Assembly: GCF_964355755.1 (NCBI RefSeq)
Contig: NC_092677.1
Coordinates: 2,812,101 to 2,876,100, forward strand
Reading direction: 5' to 3'
DNA length: 64,000 nt
Source: Antedon mediterranea
Taxonomy: Eukaryota; Animalia; Echinodermata
Shown here: positions 12,310 to 24,730 of the stretch, one piece after another
Numbering within the stretch: position 1 is the first letter of the stretch
Layout of the letters: every line of letters begins with the position of its first letter
Program-made: the position numbers and the translations under genes
Notes under the pieces: model-generated
What the model was told of the DNA's origin: nothing
Seen by the model: the letters and a program-made list of their open reading frames with translations, nothing else
Databases searched by the model: none

Positions 12310-15300
12310 ATGATGGATCCATTCCAAAATAAGGAAGGCGATCCAGAACTTGTTGATTTTCTTTCAAAAGTTGATGAAATTGGTTAGTAAAAACATGGAG
12401 TAACTTTTACTCCACCATGGTAAAAATTGTAAAATAAAGCCTGGTCTGCTACAGTGCTAGGCTAGGGCCAGGCCCCTAGCTAGGGCCTAGCTAGGTATTA
12501 GTAGTAAGCCTGCCTAGGCCTAATTGTGTGTTGGACCTAGCCTAGTCTAGTAGAGGCTGTGCTTGCTTGGCTAGCTAGCTAGGACTGGCCTAGTAATAGG
12601 AGGCTAGGTGCGAAAGTGCAGTGTTTGTAGCGCCTTGTTTAATATCATGTTATATAAAAGAAGTAGGCCTAGGCCTCCCTAGCAAGGCCTAGGCCTATAT
12701 AATATTTCACTTTGGTTGCTTTGCACATTATTATTATTATTATGTATTGTAGATAAAATAGTTAAAGGATTGAATACAGAAGATGGGATATGACCGGTTG
12801 GGCCGCCGACAAGTTGAGCCGCCGGTAATTTCTATGAAACGCCCAGTGCGTCTTTTACGACATTTCGCGTAGTGATAGAGGGGTTTCCTAGTACATAAGT
12901 TCATGGTCTTTAGGTTTATTGTGTCATGAAAATAAATAATAATTACATACTACAATTTTGTTGGTTTGAACCGCCATAACAACACAGCAAAGGAAAGTAG
13001 TCATATTTAATAATTTAATTGTTTTTAATCTTTCAAGGTAAAAATGCAGTGCACTCCATAATATTTTTCTCGCGTAAAATCACGTTGTCTCTCAGGACTA
13101 ATAAGTAATAGAGTATTGATACTCTTCGAATGAGGTTAAATAATTATTATTTTTTATCTACTATCTTTTAATATCATATTTGATTGAATTTTACAATGTT
13201 AATACACAGAATATTTTACTAAAAAACGGTGATTTTATGCAATTATTTTACCGAAAAATGGAGTAGGCCTAGTTCATACAACTGCCGCCTAAGGGGGAAA
13301 CATGTTTACGTCATTTTTGGCTAAAAACGATCACTTTCGGTCATGTTTTAGGCCTTATATTTTGGAATCTACAAACAAGTCAGATATTCATAATTATTTC
13401 TCTTTAATTATAATATTTAATAATATATACTAAAAACCGTGATATATAAACTTTGGAATATACATCGTTATTATATCTAATAATTAATATAAATAGAACT
13501 TCTATTAAATAGAAACGAGCACCGGCGAAAGTAAGCATTTGGCGTTTCATAGAAAATAACGTTTTTCTGGCGGCGGCTCAACTTGTCGGCGGCTCAACTT
13601 GGCCTAATCCCAGAAGATGACAGTGAACAGAAAAAGGCATTATCAAAAGCAGACAAGATGATTAAAGAAACTGAGACCAGTAGTAAAATCAACAAGACAA
13701 TCATTAACAAGACATCAACAAACGGCATGGTTAGTTTTATTGTATACTTTTTGGTACCGGTTGTTGGTTGTGGCTTGCCATATAAATGAATAGATATTAT
13801 TATAACACTATTTTTGTATCTTTGTTCTTTCAGGACGTAGGTGGGCTTCCACAGGGAATGACACAAGGTATAGCTTGAAATTTAACACTGGGCTATTGGT
13901 CACTCAGGTGTTAATTTACAAAAATAATTGTAATTTTTCATTTTGAATGTTTGAACCTTTATTTCAGATGCTTTCATGGCATCAGTAGAAGCTGACGCAA
14001 GGGAGCGTGCTCAGAGACGTAAAGTTAAAACAAAACGAGCAACCGAGTGGAAAGAGAAGGGAAATAAAGAATTTAAGGCTGGAAAGTTTGAGAAAGCTGT
14101 TGAATATTATACTGAAGGACTTGAATGCCTCAAAGATATGGTGGTCCTTTACACAAATAGAGCTCAGGTATTTAAACTTATTTAAAAATGGGGATCTTTA
14201 CATGATTGTAACCCACAATTCTTAAAATGTTGTCACTTGCTCTTAAATTATTGTCATAAATTCTTAGAAAGTTGTCAATTATAATTAAATTATTTTCACC
14301 AATTCTTAGAATGTTGTCACTCTTAAATTATTGTCACCAATTCCCAAAATCTTGTCACTTACTTTTAAATTATTGTCACCAATTCTTAGAAATGTTGTCA
14401 ACTGTTAAATTACTGTCACCAATTAAACTTACAGTACACTTTAAGTTGTTGCTGACACTGTAATTTTTATTGAGTTTTTTGGTTACGTTACAGGCATTTA
14501 ACAAACTAGCTCAATACAATGATGCCATAAAGGACTGTGACACAGCTTTAGTCATTGATGATAAAAACACAAAAGCTCATATTCAGAAAGGCAATGCTTA
14601 CCTTGGCCTGTTACAGTATACAAAGGCAATAGAAACATATCAAGAAATATTGAAAATTAACCCAAAACAAGAAAAAATAGTTAATGGTAAATAAACAAGT
14701 TAAAACAACAATGTGGTCTGCCGTCACAAAGTATATTCATAATTTGTTTTTATTAAAAAATTGAATTAGTATATAATGTAATGATTACTAATTATTAATT
14801 TTCTTTTGTTAAGCATATTGAGGCTTTGTATAATACGCTATATAAACCCCATTTATTATTTATTTGTTAATGATGTAGGTTTTTTTTTAACTTTTAGATT
14901 ATGTTCAGAAAGCATCCATGGCCATGGAAGCATCAGAGGCTGAAATGGCAGCCTCTAAACTTATAGCAGAAGAGGACAAGGAAGCTTCAAATCTATTGCA
15001 ACTTATTGAGAAACTGGGACAGACAGACAAACCGGTTGTTTACTATGTTGGTGGCTTGCAACTCCTTGCAGCTCAAATAAATGATGGTAATCAAAACATG
15101 TTATTTACTTGTGAGTTAGTTAGTAGTTGGTTAGTTGTTAATTGATAATAGTTAGTTGTGAGTTAGTTGTTACTTATTTGTTAGTTAATTGTTAATTGAT
15201 AATAGTTAGTTGTCATTTACTTGTTAGTTAGTTGTTAGTTAGTTGGTTGTTAGTTTGTTGTTAGTTTGTTAATACTCATTTTTATATATTTCTATACTCT

Positions 15301-18300
15301 TCACAGATATATCAAAGACGTTATTTCGTTCAAATTCTGGATTTGAACTGCTTTTTGACCAATCATACCTTAGCAAGAAAATTCAGCATGCTCCAATGAG
15401 CACGGACACCGAGATCTGTGAGCTTGCAAGAGTGGCCGTACATGTCTGTGTACAAGTCACAGCAAAACATGGTAAGAGGGACGTACTGTACATACAGCAT
15501 AACAATTACTTAATAGTTTAATATCAAAATGTGTTGATAAAATAGTTATAAAACCACCTAGAAACTAAGTTCTTCTAAGTGAAATGTTTAAAAATCCTTT
15601 ATAATTAAAGATCGTCTCCAATTAGAGACCACTTTACCTAACTGAAGTTAATGAACACAAAAGTATAATAGAAATGCTTTAGTTAGGTGATTCTAATAGA
15701 AGACCAAGACTGCTAAGAGGGAATAGTAAAAATGAGTTTTACAATTAGATTAATATTGTTGTTAATATTATTATTATTATTCAACAGAAGTAAACACTAA
15801 GTACATACTTCAGCAAAATGGTTTTAATGAGTTCTTTCTCAACTGTCTCCAATCGACGACTAGTGTTCTGCTGAAAGAGGATTGTGCAAGATTCTTGTTC
15901 CAATTGTCACAGACCAGCCTAGCACGATCTATCATTATATCAAGGCTTGATACATCAAGGTAAATGAGTGGTTGGAAATGATTAGGCCTAGGATACATAG
16001 GCTTTTTGTTCCAATTGTCACAGACCAGCCTGGCACGATCTATCATTATATCAAGGCTTGATACATCAAGGTAAATGAGTGGTTGGAAATGATTAGGCCT
16101 AGGATACATAGGCTTTTTGTTCCAATTGTCACAGACCAGCCTAGCACGATCTATCATTATATCTAGGCTTGATACATCAAGGTAAATGAGTGGTTGGAAA
16201 TGATTAGGCCTAGGATACATAGGCTTTTTGTTCCAATTGTCACAGACCAGCCTAGCACGATCTATCATTATATCTAGGCTTGATACATCAAGGTAAATGA
16301 GTGGTTGGAAATGATTAGGCCTAGGATACATAGGCTTTTTGTTCCAATTGTCACAGACCAGCCTAGCACGATCTATCATTATATCTAGGCTTGATACATC
16401 AAGGTAAATGAGTGGTTGGAAATGATTAGGCCTAGGATACATAGGCTTTTTGTTCCAATTGTCACAGACCAGTCTAGCACGATCTATCATTATATCTAGG
16501 CTTGATACATCAAGGTAAATGAGTGGTTGGAAATGATTAGGCCTAGGATACATAGGCTTTTTGTTCCAATTGTCACAGACCAGTCTAGCACGATCTATCA
16601 TTATATCTAGGCTTGATACATCAAGGTAAATTAGTGGTTGGAAATGATTAGGCCTAGGATACATAGGCTTTTTGTTTCAATTGTCACAGACCAGCCTAGC
16701 ACGATCTATCATTATATCAAGGCTTGATACATCAAGGTAAATGAGTGGTTGGAAATGATTAGGCCTAGGATACATAGGCTTTTTGTTCCAATTGTCACAG
16801 ACCAGCCTAGCACGATCTATCATTATATCAAGGCTTGATACATCAAGGTAAATGAGTGGTTGGAAATGATTAGGCCTAGGATACATAGGCTTTTTGTTCC
16901 AATTGTCACAGACCAGCCTAGCACGATCTATCATTATATCTAGGCTTGATACATCAAGGTAAATGAGTGGTTGGAAATGATTAGGCCTAGGATACATAGG
17001 CTTTTTGTTTCAATTGTCACAGACCAGCCTGGCACGATCTATCATTATATCAAGGCTTGATACATCAAGGTAAATGAGTGGTTGGAAATGATTAGGCCTA
17101 GGATACATAGGCTTTTTGTTCCAATTGTCACAGACCAGCCTAGCACGATCTATCATTATATCTAGGCTTGATACATCAAGGTAAATGAGTGGTTGGAAAT
17201 GATTAGGCCTAGGATACATAGGCTTTTTGTTTCAATTGTCACAGACCAGCCTAGCACGATCTATCATTATATCTAGGCTTGATACATCAAGGTAAATGAG
17301 TGGTTGGAAATGATTAGGCCTAGGATACATAGGCTTTTTGTTCCAATTGTCACAGACCAGTCTAGCACGATCTGATCTATCATTATATCTAGGCTTGATA
17401 CATCAAGGTAAATGAGTGGTTGGAAATGATTAGGCCTAGGATACATAGGCTTTTTGTTCCAATTGTCACAGACCAGTCTAGCACGATCTATCATTATATC
17501 TAGGCTTGATACATCAAGGTAAATGAGTGGTTGGAAATGATTAGGCCTAGGATACATAGGCTTTTTGTTCCAATTGTCACAGACCAGCCTAGCACGATCT
17601 ATCAATTATATCTAGGCTTGATACATCAAGGTAAATTAGTTGGTGGTAATTATTAGACCTGAAGTATACATATACTCTTCGAAATGATCACATACTGTAT
17701 GACCATGTGCAATGTGTTATATACATAGGTTAATGAAGAATTTGCGATTCATTTTTATTTATTTATTGACCAATTCACCTTTGGACAGTCCAAAAGCAAA
17801 ACATAACAATTTGAAAAAGAAACAAAAAGAAGGAAAACATAATGAGAGGGGAAAAAAAAAACTTAGTTTGCTTTCATCATTTGCATGTAAATATTGTGTC
17901 CATATTGTGTCATTATTTGTGAATACTTGTGTATAATTGGGACAGAGAGACAGACAGACAAATTGCATTTATGTTAAGAGATATTACAGTACTTGTTAAG
18001 GCTATACATGTTTGAATTTGAACATTGTTTTCAATTTTATTAGGCTGATGTTGGGACTGATCAGCTGTGTTCAGATCTCAGAACAAGGAGCTGAAAATGC
18101 CATGAAAAGTTTAAACAATCTTGCCCTAGAAAAACAGTAAGTACTAAGTCTTTTCTTCAACAGAGTAAGCAATTTAATTCATAATTCTATTCATTTGTAT
18201 AACAGGGTAGTTTTGAGAACAGTTACGTAAACGTTTTTAAGCGAACTGTTGATAGGTGTTGTTAGCTTGTCTTGATTTATTAATCAAAACCTTTATATAG

Positions 18301-19877
18301 CATTATTTGTTTGTTCTTCAGATTTCTAGGTCTTGTATGTGTAGAAATGAAAACTAACCTATTACCTGCTTTTGAAGAGATTCTCGTAAGTTGTAAAGAT
18401 TTCTTCTATGCCCAAACATTAAGATATCATTCTGAGAATTCTTTATCAACCAGGCACAGATAGTGCAACTTGCATTGATAATTGGTGTCCATGAGTGTTG
18501 AGAGGAGAAATAATGTTGTCTTGAGAGGTGGTGGACTGGTGTTGTGTGTAATACCCACTGTGTGTAGTGGGGTGAGGTAGTGTTTTCTGATGGTTAAAGG
18601 GTGGTTGTTGGTGGGTGTAAATGTTTGAGAGGGATGGTCATTTAATGGGTCAGAAAAAAGATATTAATTTTACAGTATGTTTTTTTTTATTATTTCTTTA
18701 GCTGCACAGTGAGTCAGTTAACAGTACTGTATTCGCATCATTTATTTTATTATTTCTTTAGCTGCACAGTGAGTCAGTTAATAGTAGTGTATTCCCATTG
18801 TGTATCTCAACCATATCCAACATGACACATGATGACCATATTAGGAAACAAATGTCAGCTGACAAGAATTTCTGGCAAGCTATGCTGTCAACTTTGGTAA
18901 GTAAGGATTTAAGATCGCAGCCTTCTGATCAAAGTTCCCAATATTAAAAGATTTTTATTGGTAAATTATCATTATCTTTGAATAAAATAAAATATCCATA
19001 GAACAAGAGATCTTAAATGTGCCCATATATGGACATGATGATGTCATATCACTACCTAATTTAGGCATATCACTACCATATTTGGACACATCACACTTTT
19101 TTGTCAAACTAGTTTGATATTGTAGACAGAGCATTGGCATCTACAATGGACGGTTATGCCAGGCACTTGGCAAAGGCAGAATATGCGTTGAGGCAATCAA
19201 TTTTCACCTTGTTTGTTGAGCCCAAGTAATGAATTTATACAAAAATTGCATTTAAACAGATTGGCAGATGGCTCAAAATAATGGGAAACTCCTGTGCTTA
19301 TCAGGAGGGTTGGGGGATCTGAATTATTTTTTTAATGATTTTGAACTTGATATACATTTTTTTCTTCAGAAAACCCATTGTAGTAAGACAAACAGAGAAG
19401 AAAGTGAGAAAGTGTTGGAACCTCTACTTGGTTTGTGTATGAACTTATCCCTTGAGAAAGTTCATGCTGAGCACCAGCTTACACTACCACTTACTAATTG
19501 TGTTGTACCGTTACTGAGCAGAACAAATCAACAATTGATAATGGTTTGTTTATTTTGCTTTATATATTAACAGTATTACCTTTTAATTGAATGTTCTAAT
19601 TAAAGAAAGTGTAATTCTGGTGTTTCTAATTGCAAGGCAATGTACAATAAATAACTTCTACTGACCGCTCAGGTATTTATTTATTTATTTATTACCATAT
19701 TTACTGAGGGTAACCTATCCAGTTCCTAATAGAACTGATCATTCAGGGCCCTCGATAAAACAAACATACAGTACAACACTTAAAATATTAAATATTCAAA
19801 TGACATAAAATATATTAAAGGCTTAAAAATTTACAATGATTATATAAAATTCATATAAAAGTTAAAATCGTTGACAG

Positions 19878-19914
<37 letters not shown>

Positions 19915-21233
19915 GTACGAACAATATTAACTGGAAATAAATTGTTTAAGTTCACGTTTAAAGGAAATAACATTTTCAGATTGTCGAATGATTTTAGGAA
20001 TCATATTAAAATACATAGGCGCTTTATAACTGAAACATAACTAATCATAACTAATCATATAATCATATAATCATTGTATAACTGGTGATTTACTCTGTGT
20101 TTCGAACATCACCATTATATTAACTTAAATTCCACCTTGAAAACTAGCTTGGTTATTCCTCTCTCAGTAAATATAGTCCCTTTACGCCTATGTGTAGTTT
20201 GACTTCTCATAGAAACCACTTTTTTTTACTAGGACCGTACTTCATAAAATTGTAATACAGTACATATTTTTTCCAGCGTGTATGTGGGTTACTGAGCCGA
20301 GTTCTTGTCTATTCAACTGAAGCAGTTGAGTATTGTGTTCAGCAACATATTGTTGATATCATGTTGAACATACTTAAACAGGTATGTACTTAATTTTAAA
20401 GTCTCAACTATAAACCATCTCCACTTAACGACCTCTCATTCCCAATTTATAGTTCATGTTAGTAATCGTTTATATCTAAAGACACATTCAAATTTATTCG
20501 TGTTCAAAAGTGTTTGAAAATTACTCTTCACTTTTTTTGTAGGGTAAAGATGAAACATGCAAGAAGTACTGCCTGAAATGTCTGACTGTGATAACACAGA
20601 ACAATCAGGAATCAAGAAGACAAATACTATCACAAGATAAAGGTAACGAAATGAGCAACCCTCCAATTTCTTTTCAGATGTTCTCATTTAGAAATTTAAA
20701 GTTTTTCCATCAAATAGTTTTTATGTTCTCCATCTTTTTTTTCTATCACAATCTTTTTTGCGTCATTCTTTTCCTTTTTATTAAAACCATAACGTGAGAA
20801 AAGCATCTCATCTACAAAAGTTTATGTCACTAACACAATATAAAATAGAGAGATTATAATCAAAATTCCCAAGAAAAAGAAGTATTTAATTACAGCTCAG
20901 GCAAAGTGCATTATATTTTTAATAACATTATTTTTTGTTAAAGGTTTAACAAAGTTGGTGTATTATCTAGACAGTGAAGATGACATGATGATAGCGAACG
21001 CTGCGTTATGTATCGGACATTGCGTGCAAGAACCAGGAGCTAGCCACCATGTCAGTACAGATGTAGTCAAGACATTACTGACAAGAACAGACACTACGAA
21101 CACTTCAATTAAACAAAACTGTGCAATCACACTAGCTAAGCTTGCTACTACAAGTCCAGATCATCTTAATATGCTCAAGAAGTTAGGAGGAATAGGTATT
21201 CTGAATAGCTGTATGAAGTATGTAAATTCATGA
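12310..21233 (+). CDS. TTC12: Tetratricopeptide repeat protein 12 (TPR + ARM), about 709 aa. Exons: 12310-12382, 12753-12785+13620-13729 (split by TE), 13834-13867, 13968-14167, 14494-14686, 14898-15086, 15307-15471, 15788-15959, 18044-18136, 18322-18385, 18762-18896, 19370-19543, 20277-20381, 20543-20642, 20944-21233
   Basis: All introns are GT-AG and phase-compatible. Motifs FLSKVDEI, AFMASVEADARERAQRR..KEKGNKEF..LYTNRAQA, YYVGGLQLL, NAALCIGHC and GIGILNSCMKYV match vertebrate TTC12. Functionality is uncertain because of the exon 2 insertion. Confidence 0.92.
12786..13610. mobile_element. Non-autonomous TIR DNA transposon, Mutator-like, inside TTC12 exon 2
   Basis: 9-bp TSD CAGAAGATG at 12777-12785 and 13611-13619; imperfect TIRs GGAT..GCCGCCGACAAGTTGAGCCGCCG..TTTCTATGAAACGCC at both ends. 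Confidence 0.9.
14205..14425. repeat. Degenerate ~38-bp intronic tandem repeat
   Basis: Recurring TTAAATTATTGTCACCAATTCTTAGAAATGTTGTCA. Confidence 0.75.
15896..17640 (+). repeat. 111-bp tandem array (16 copies) of the TTC12 exon 8 3' end plus splice donor
   Basis: Unit TTGTTCCAATTGTCACAGACC..GATACATCAAG|GTAAATGAG..; donor follows 15959 in the first copy and 17630 in the last. Confidence 0.97.
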
Positions 21234-21475
21234 CGTTTTTTTGGGGATTGGTGTTTTTCAAATCTGCATCCATACGGGTCTCGTCAGCCGCACCTTTTGG
21301 GCATCAGTTGTACGCCACACCTCATGTTTCAACTACAGTTTGGGCTGGGCATATCCACATGGTCAAGTAGTTCTATAAACTGCACATTTTTTTAATGCTT
21401 ACAATTGTTTTTTTTTTCTACTTTTTTAAAAAGGTAAACTAGTAAAAAAACGTATTTCAAGATACTTCTACTTAA

Positions 21476-22016
21476 AGATGTATTGTCCCTTGAAACACAA
21501 AAAAATGAAGGTCAAAATATTCTAAATTTAAAGTGGCCATATCAAAGAAATATTAAAGTTATTCACTTTAAGTCGAAAATTTGAGCCAAAAACAACAAGT
21601 TTACGTAATTAACAGGTAAATTAGTTTGATTACATTTCGTCTGGAAAATCGTCACGAGCGAAAGTAAACAAAGATTTCAAACCATGAGTACGCATTATGC
21701 ATGCTAAATTAGGATTGTTTACAACTCGTCATGGTTAAGAAGGTATTTTCACACAGATCATGAGGAAGTTTTATGATTATGCATACAGAGTAGCCAAACA
21801 AGCGCGTTTCATTATGGGATATGTTTTGATTGAAAACTTTGACTGGAAGTCAAAGTTTTTTAACAAAAAAACGTCTGTATTTCAGTTAAATTTTTTTTTT
21901 CCCGAAAAATGTTTGGTGATAGTTAATAACTATTATGATACTTCAAAATGACCCACCTTTTTTCGAAATCTATTATTTTTTATTTTTTTGGAATTAGTCA
22001 AAGGGACAATACATCT
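21476..22016. mobile_element. TTAA-targeting MITE (Kolobok-like)
   Basis: TIR AGATGTATTGTCCC/GGGACAATACATCT with TTAA on both sides; the paralog at 6421-6435 is the empty site (CTACTTAACATAG). Confidence 0.9.
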
Positions 22017-23856
22017 TTAACATAGAAAAATATCAGCAAATAAAGCTTTTTCGTTGAACAATGAAACCGAAATGAACCATACTTGCGTGGTGTTATACGT
22101 CGTTTGGTGATTTTATCCTTGTTATTACATCAACCACGACAGACAATTTCTATGAGACCTGGGTTTCCTATATTCGCTACGCGATACGCTAAAGTCTGGT
22201 TCCATAAAGGTGGAATGCGTCATTAAAACAATCGGGAATGCGCCATGATTAGTTGTAAACCTATCGACATGGTTCAACTTTGCTGTTAGGAGTGCAACAA
22301 ACTGCAACGGCTAAACAATCGCACACCAAAGTCATATTTTCATAATATAATATAGTGTTACACTTTTAATAAGAATTCCAAAAATACATACATAGTTGTT
22401 TCAAATGGTTATCTATAGGCTAAAGTTAACTTTGCAAATATCTGATATAAAAACCAAATCAATCAATGTAATAAGATATATCATTTTCATTATATAAATT
22501 TACATAATCATTTTAATTGCAAGTTCAAGTTAATTTAAAGCCTGTTTTCTTAATCTATATCACTATAGTATATAATTAATATATAAAAAATAACAATTGA
22601 CATAAACACTGTAAAATTGTATATCCATCAAAATAAAAAAGTGCAGTTTATAATCGAGATGCAGATATATATTTGCATTGTATTGCATAACCATTAGGCC
22701 TACAATTCAATTCACTTTTATTTCAGAACAAAGTCCATATCATGACAAATAAAATAATCTATACCACATGTCGCACATAATAATGCCGTCGGAAAACCGT
22801 CGGTTTTCAACTAGGAGTGAAAAAAAAAAAAAACACATTATTAGGGCCTACATATCCCATGTATCAAAATAACTTTTATTGTGGCTGTCCACACAAGAAA
22901 AACAAAATTCCACACATAAATGTTCACATATATTCCTCACTAGATCCTTCTATTGCACAATTTGTATTTATTTCATTTCTGACGAAATAAATAACTACAA
23001 ACCGAAATTATAGATTACAATTTTACTAAATTTTGTATTTGAAATACATAAATGATATTTCCCAAACCAATTTTGTTCAATTGGCACTGTGCCAAAATGT
23101 TCTGAATCTGCCTCTGTGGTACAATTGCCACTACAGTACAATTGCCACTACAGTACAATTGCCACTACATTTTTTTTCTTTATTAATAGATTGCATATAG
23201 TACAGTGAATAAAGTAAATTAATAAGCACGTTAAATGAGTTCATTTCCAGTAAATATATTGATGAATTTTCTGTGTAAATATGTTTTTTCCTTAAAATAT
23301 ATTTTTTACAACAAAATGTTACTATTTTAATTCATTCAGACCTGAATATTTGTACTTAAATGAAAGATTAAAAAAACTGTTTAAACCCCATTTAAAACTT
23401 TTAAGAATTTTCTATGAAATTTAATGTATTTAATACAAGTAACATTTAATCCTGGGTGAATCTTGACAGCGCCGAAACACACATCTGACAGAAGTAACAT
23501 TCACCTACACTCCACCAGTAAATTAAAAACAAATAAGCACGTTAAATGAGTGTAAATATATTGATGATGAATTTTCTGTGTGCTATGTTCTGATAAATTA
23601 TTATATATTTGTATATGATGTTTATAATTATTCAAACCTGAAAGAATAGTAAAACTGTTAAAACGGACCTGAAATAGATTTTCGATTTTTTTCATTTTAG
23701 AATGCTGTTTTGGGGGCTAGAATGTATATTGTTACAAAATATAAATTCGCCCCATAAAACAATCAGAATTAAGAAATTTGTTATGAAATTTAATACGCTA
23801 TCATCAAATAAATTATTAAAATATCTCAAGAAGTAACATACGGTATGTATAGGATG

Positions 23857-24288
23857 TTATTCTTTGGTGAATCTGTATCCTGCAGCGACACATCTCTCAC
23901 TGAAGTACATCCGATTGGCAGATGACATCGAGCGCATGTAAGAAACTTCCAATCGACGTTGGTATATCTGCAGAGCAGCACCATCACATATCTGACTAGA
24001 GTAGGACGTCATGCACTGGTAGTTTGCGGCCACACTCCTTGCTGTTGCTATCGCCCGACGATTGATATTCATCTGTATGAGCTGCAACCCTGCAACCACG
24101 GTGTAGGATCTGTTTGACAGCATCAGTTGCGCTGTAAACATGGAGACTTGCTGGGTGTTATTGTCGTTGGTGTCACTCAGAACCATCGTACAATATCCTA
24201 TACTGAAACCCGCTCTGTAATCTCGATATTGTACTTTCATCCCATAAAGAAGGGAAGACATTTGGAAAATCGATTGATTAGTGCTCAT
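23857..24288 (-). CDS. Hypothetical 143-aa protein in a single coding exon; intact member of a three-copy local family
   Basis: Open from ATG (24288) to TAA; the acceptor TTTGTATTTTTCAG lies 5 nt upstream of the ATG; paralogs at 4.8 and 7.8 kb. Confidence 0.55.
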   Translation of the reverse strand: MSTNQSIFQMSSLLYGMKVQYRDYRAGFSIGYCTMVLSDTNDNNTQQVSMFTAQLMLSNRSYTVVAGLQLIQMNINRRAIATARSVAANYQCMTSYSSQICDGAALQIYQRRLEVSYMRSMSSANRMYFSERCVAAGYRFTKE

Positions 24289-24474
24289 TTTAGCTGAAAA
24301 ATACAAAAGTGTATGGAATGATGAGATATGTCACTTAATACCTTACAGTAACAATAGTTAAGACAGACAAGATGTGCCTTAATAAACTATAATGTAAAAA
24401 AATGTATGCTCCACAAGGAATGATTTTCTTCTATTATTTAAAGATAATAGTTAAGCCTAATAATAATATTCGTT

Positions 24475-24730
24475 TTTTATATGACGCTTATTGCACAATG
24501 CTTCTAAGCGCTTCACATTATTACCCCATCATTTTTTTGGGGATCAAACACGTATGGAAACACACTCCCATAATGTTGTGTCTTGATCAAAACGGGTACC
24601 CGTTTATTCACCTTGGTGGAGAGAGGCAAACGTATGTAAAGTATCTATAGGATACAAGCAATGCAGCGAGAGTTGGCTTCGAACCACGATCTCAGTAGGT
24701 CAACGTCAAACACACTGCACCACCTGCCCT
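24475..24730 (-). mobile_element. SINE with an L2-type tail
   Basis: Minus strand shows a tRNA-like head (GGTTCGAAGCC), a core (CCTCTCTCCACC..GGTGAATAAACGGGTACC) and a GTGAAGCGCTTAG 3' end. Confidence 0.6.

Noticed and set aside
12786-13610. Element as a precise self-contained intron (true introner)
   Set aside because: There is no GT or GC donor before the in-frame TGA at its left end; only acceptor-shift rescue is plausible.
15810-17605. Minus-strand ORFs with 37-aa repeats (up to 284 aa)
   Set aside because: Antisense reading of the 111-bp array; the unit length is a multiple of 3 and the sense strand is TTC12 exon and intron sequence.
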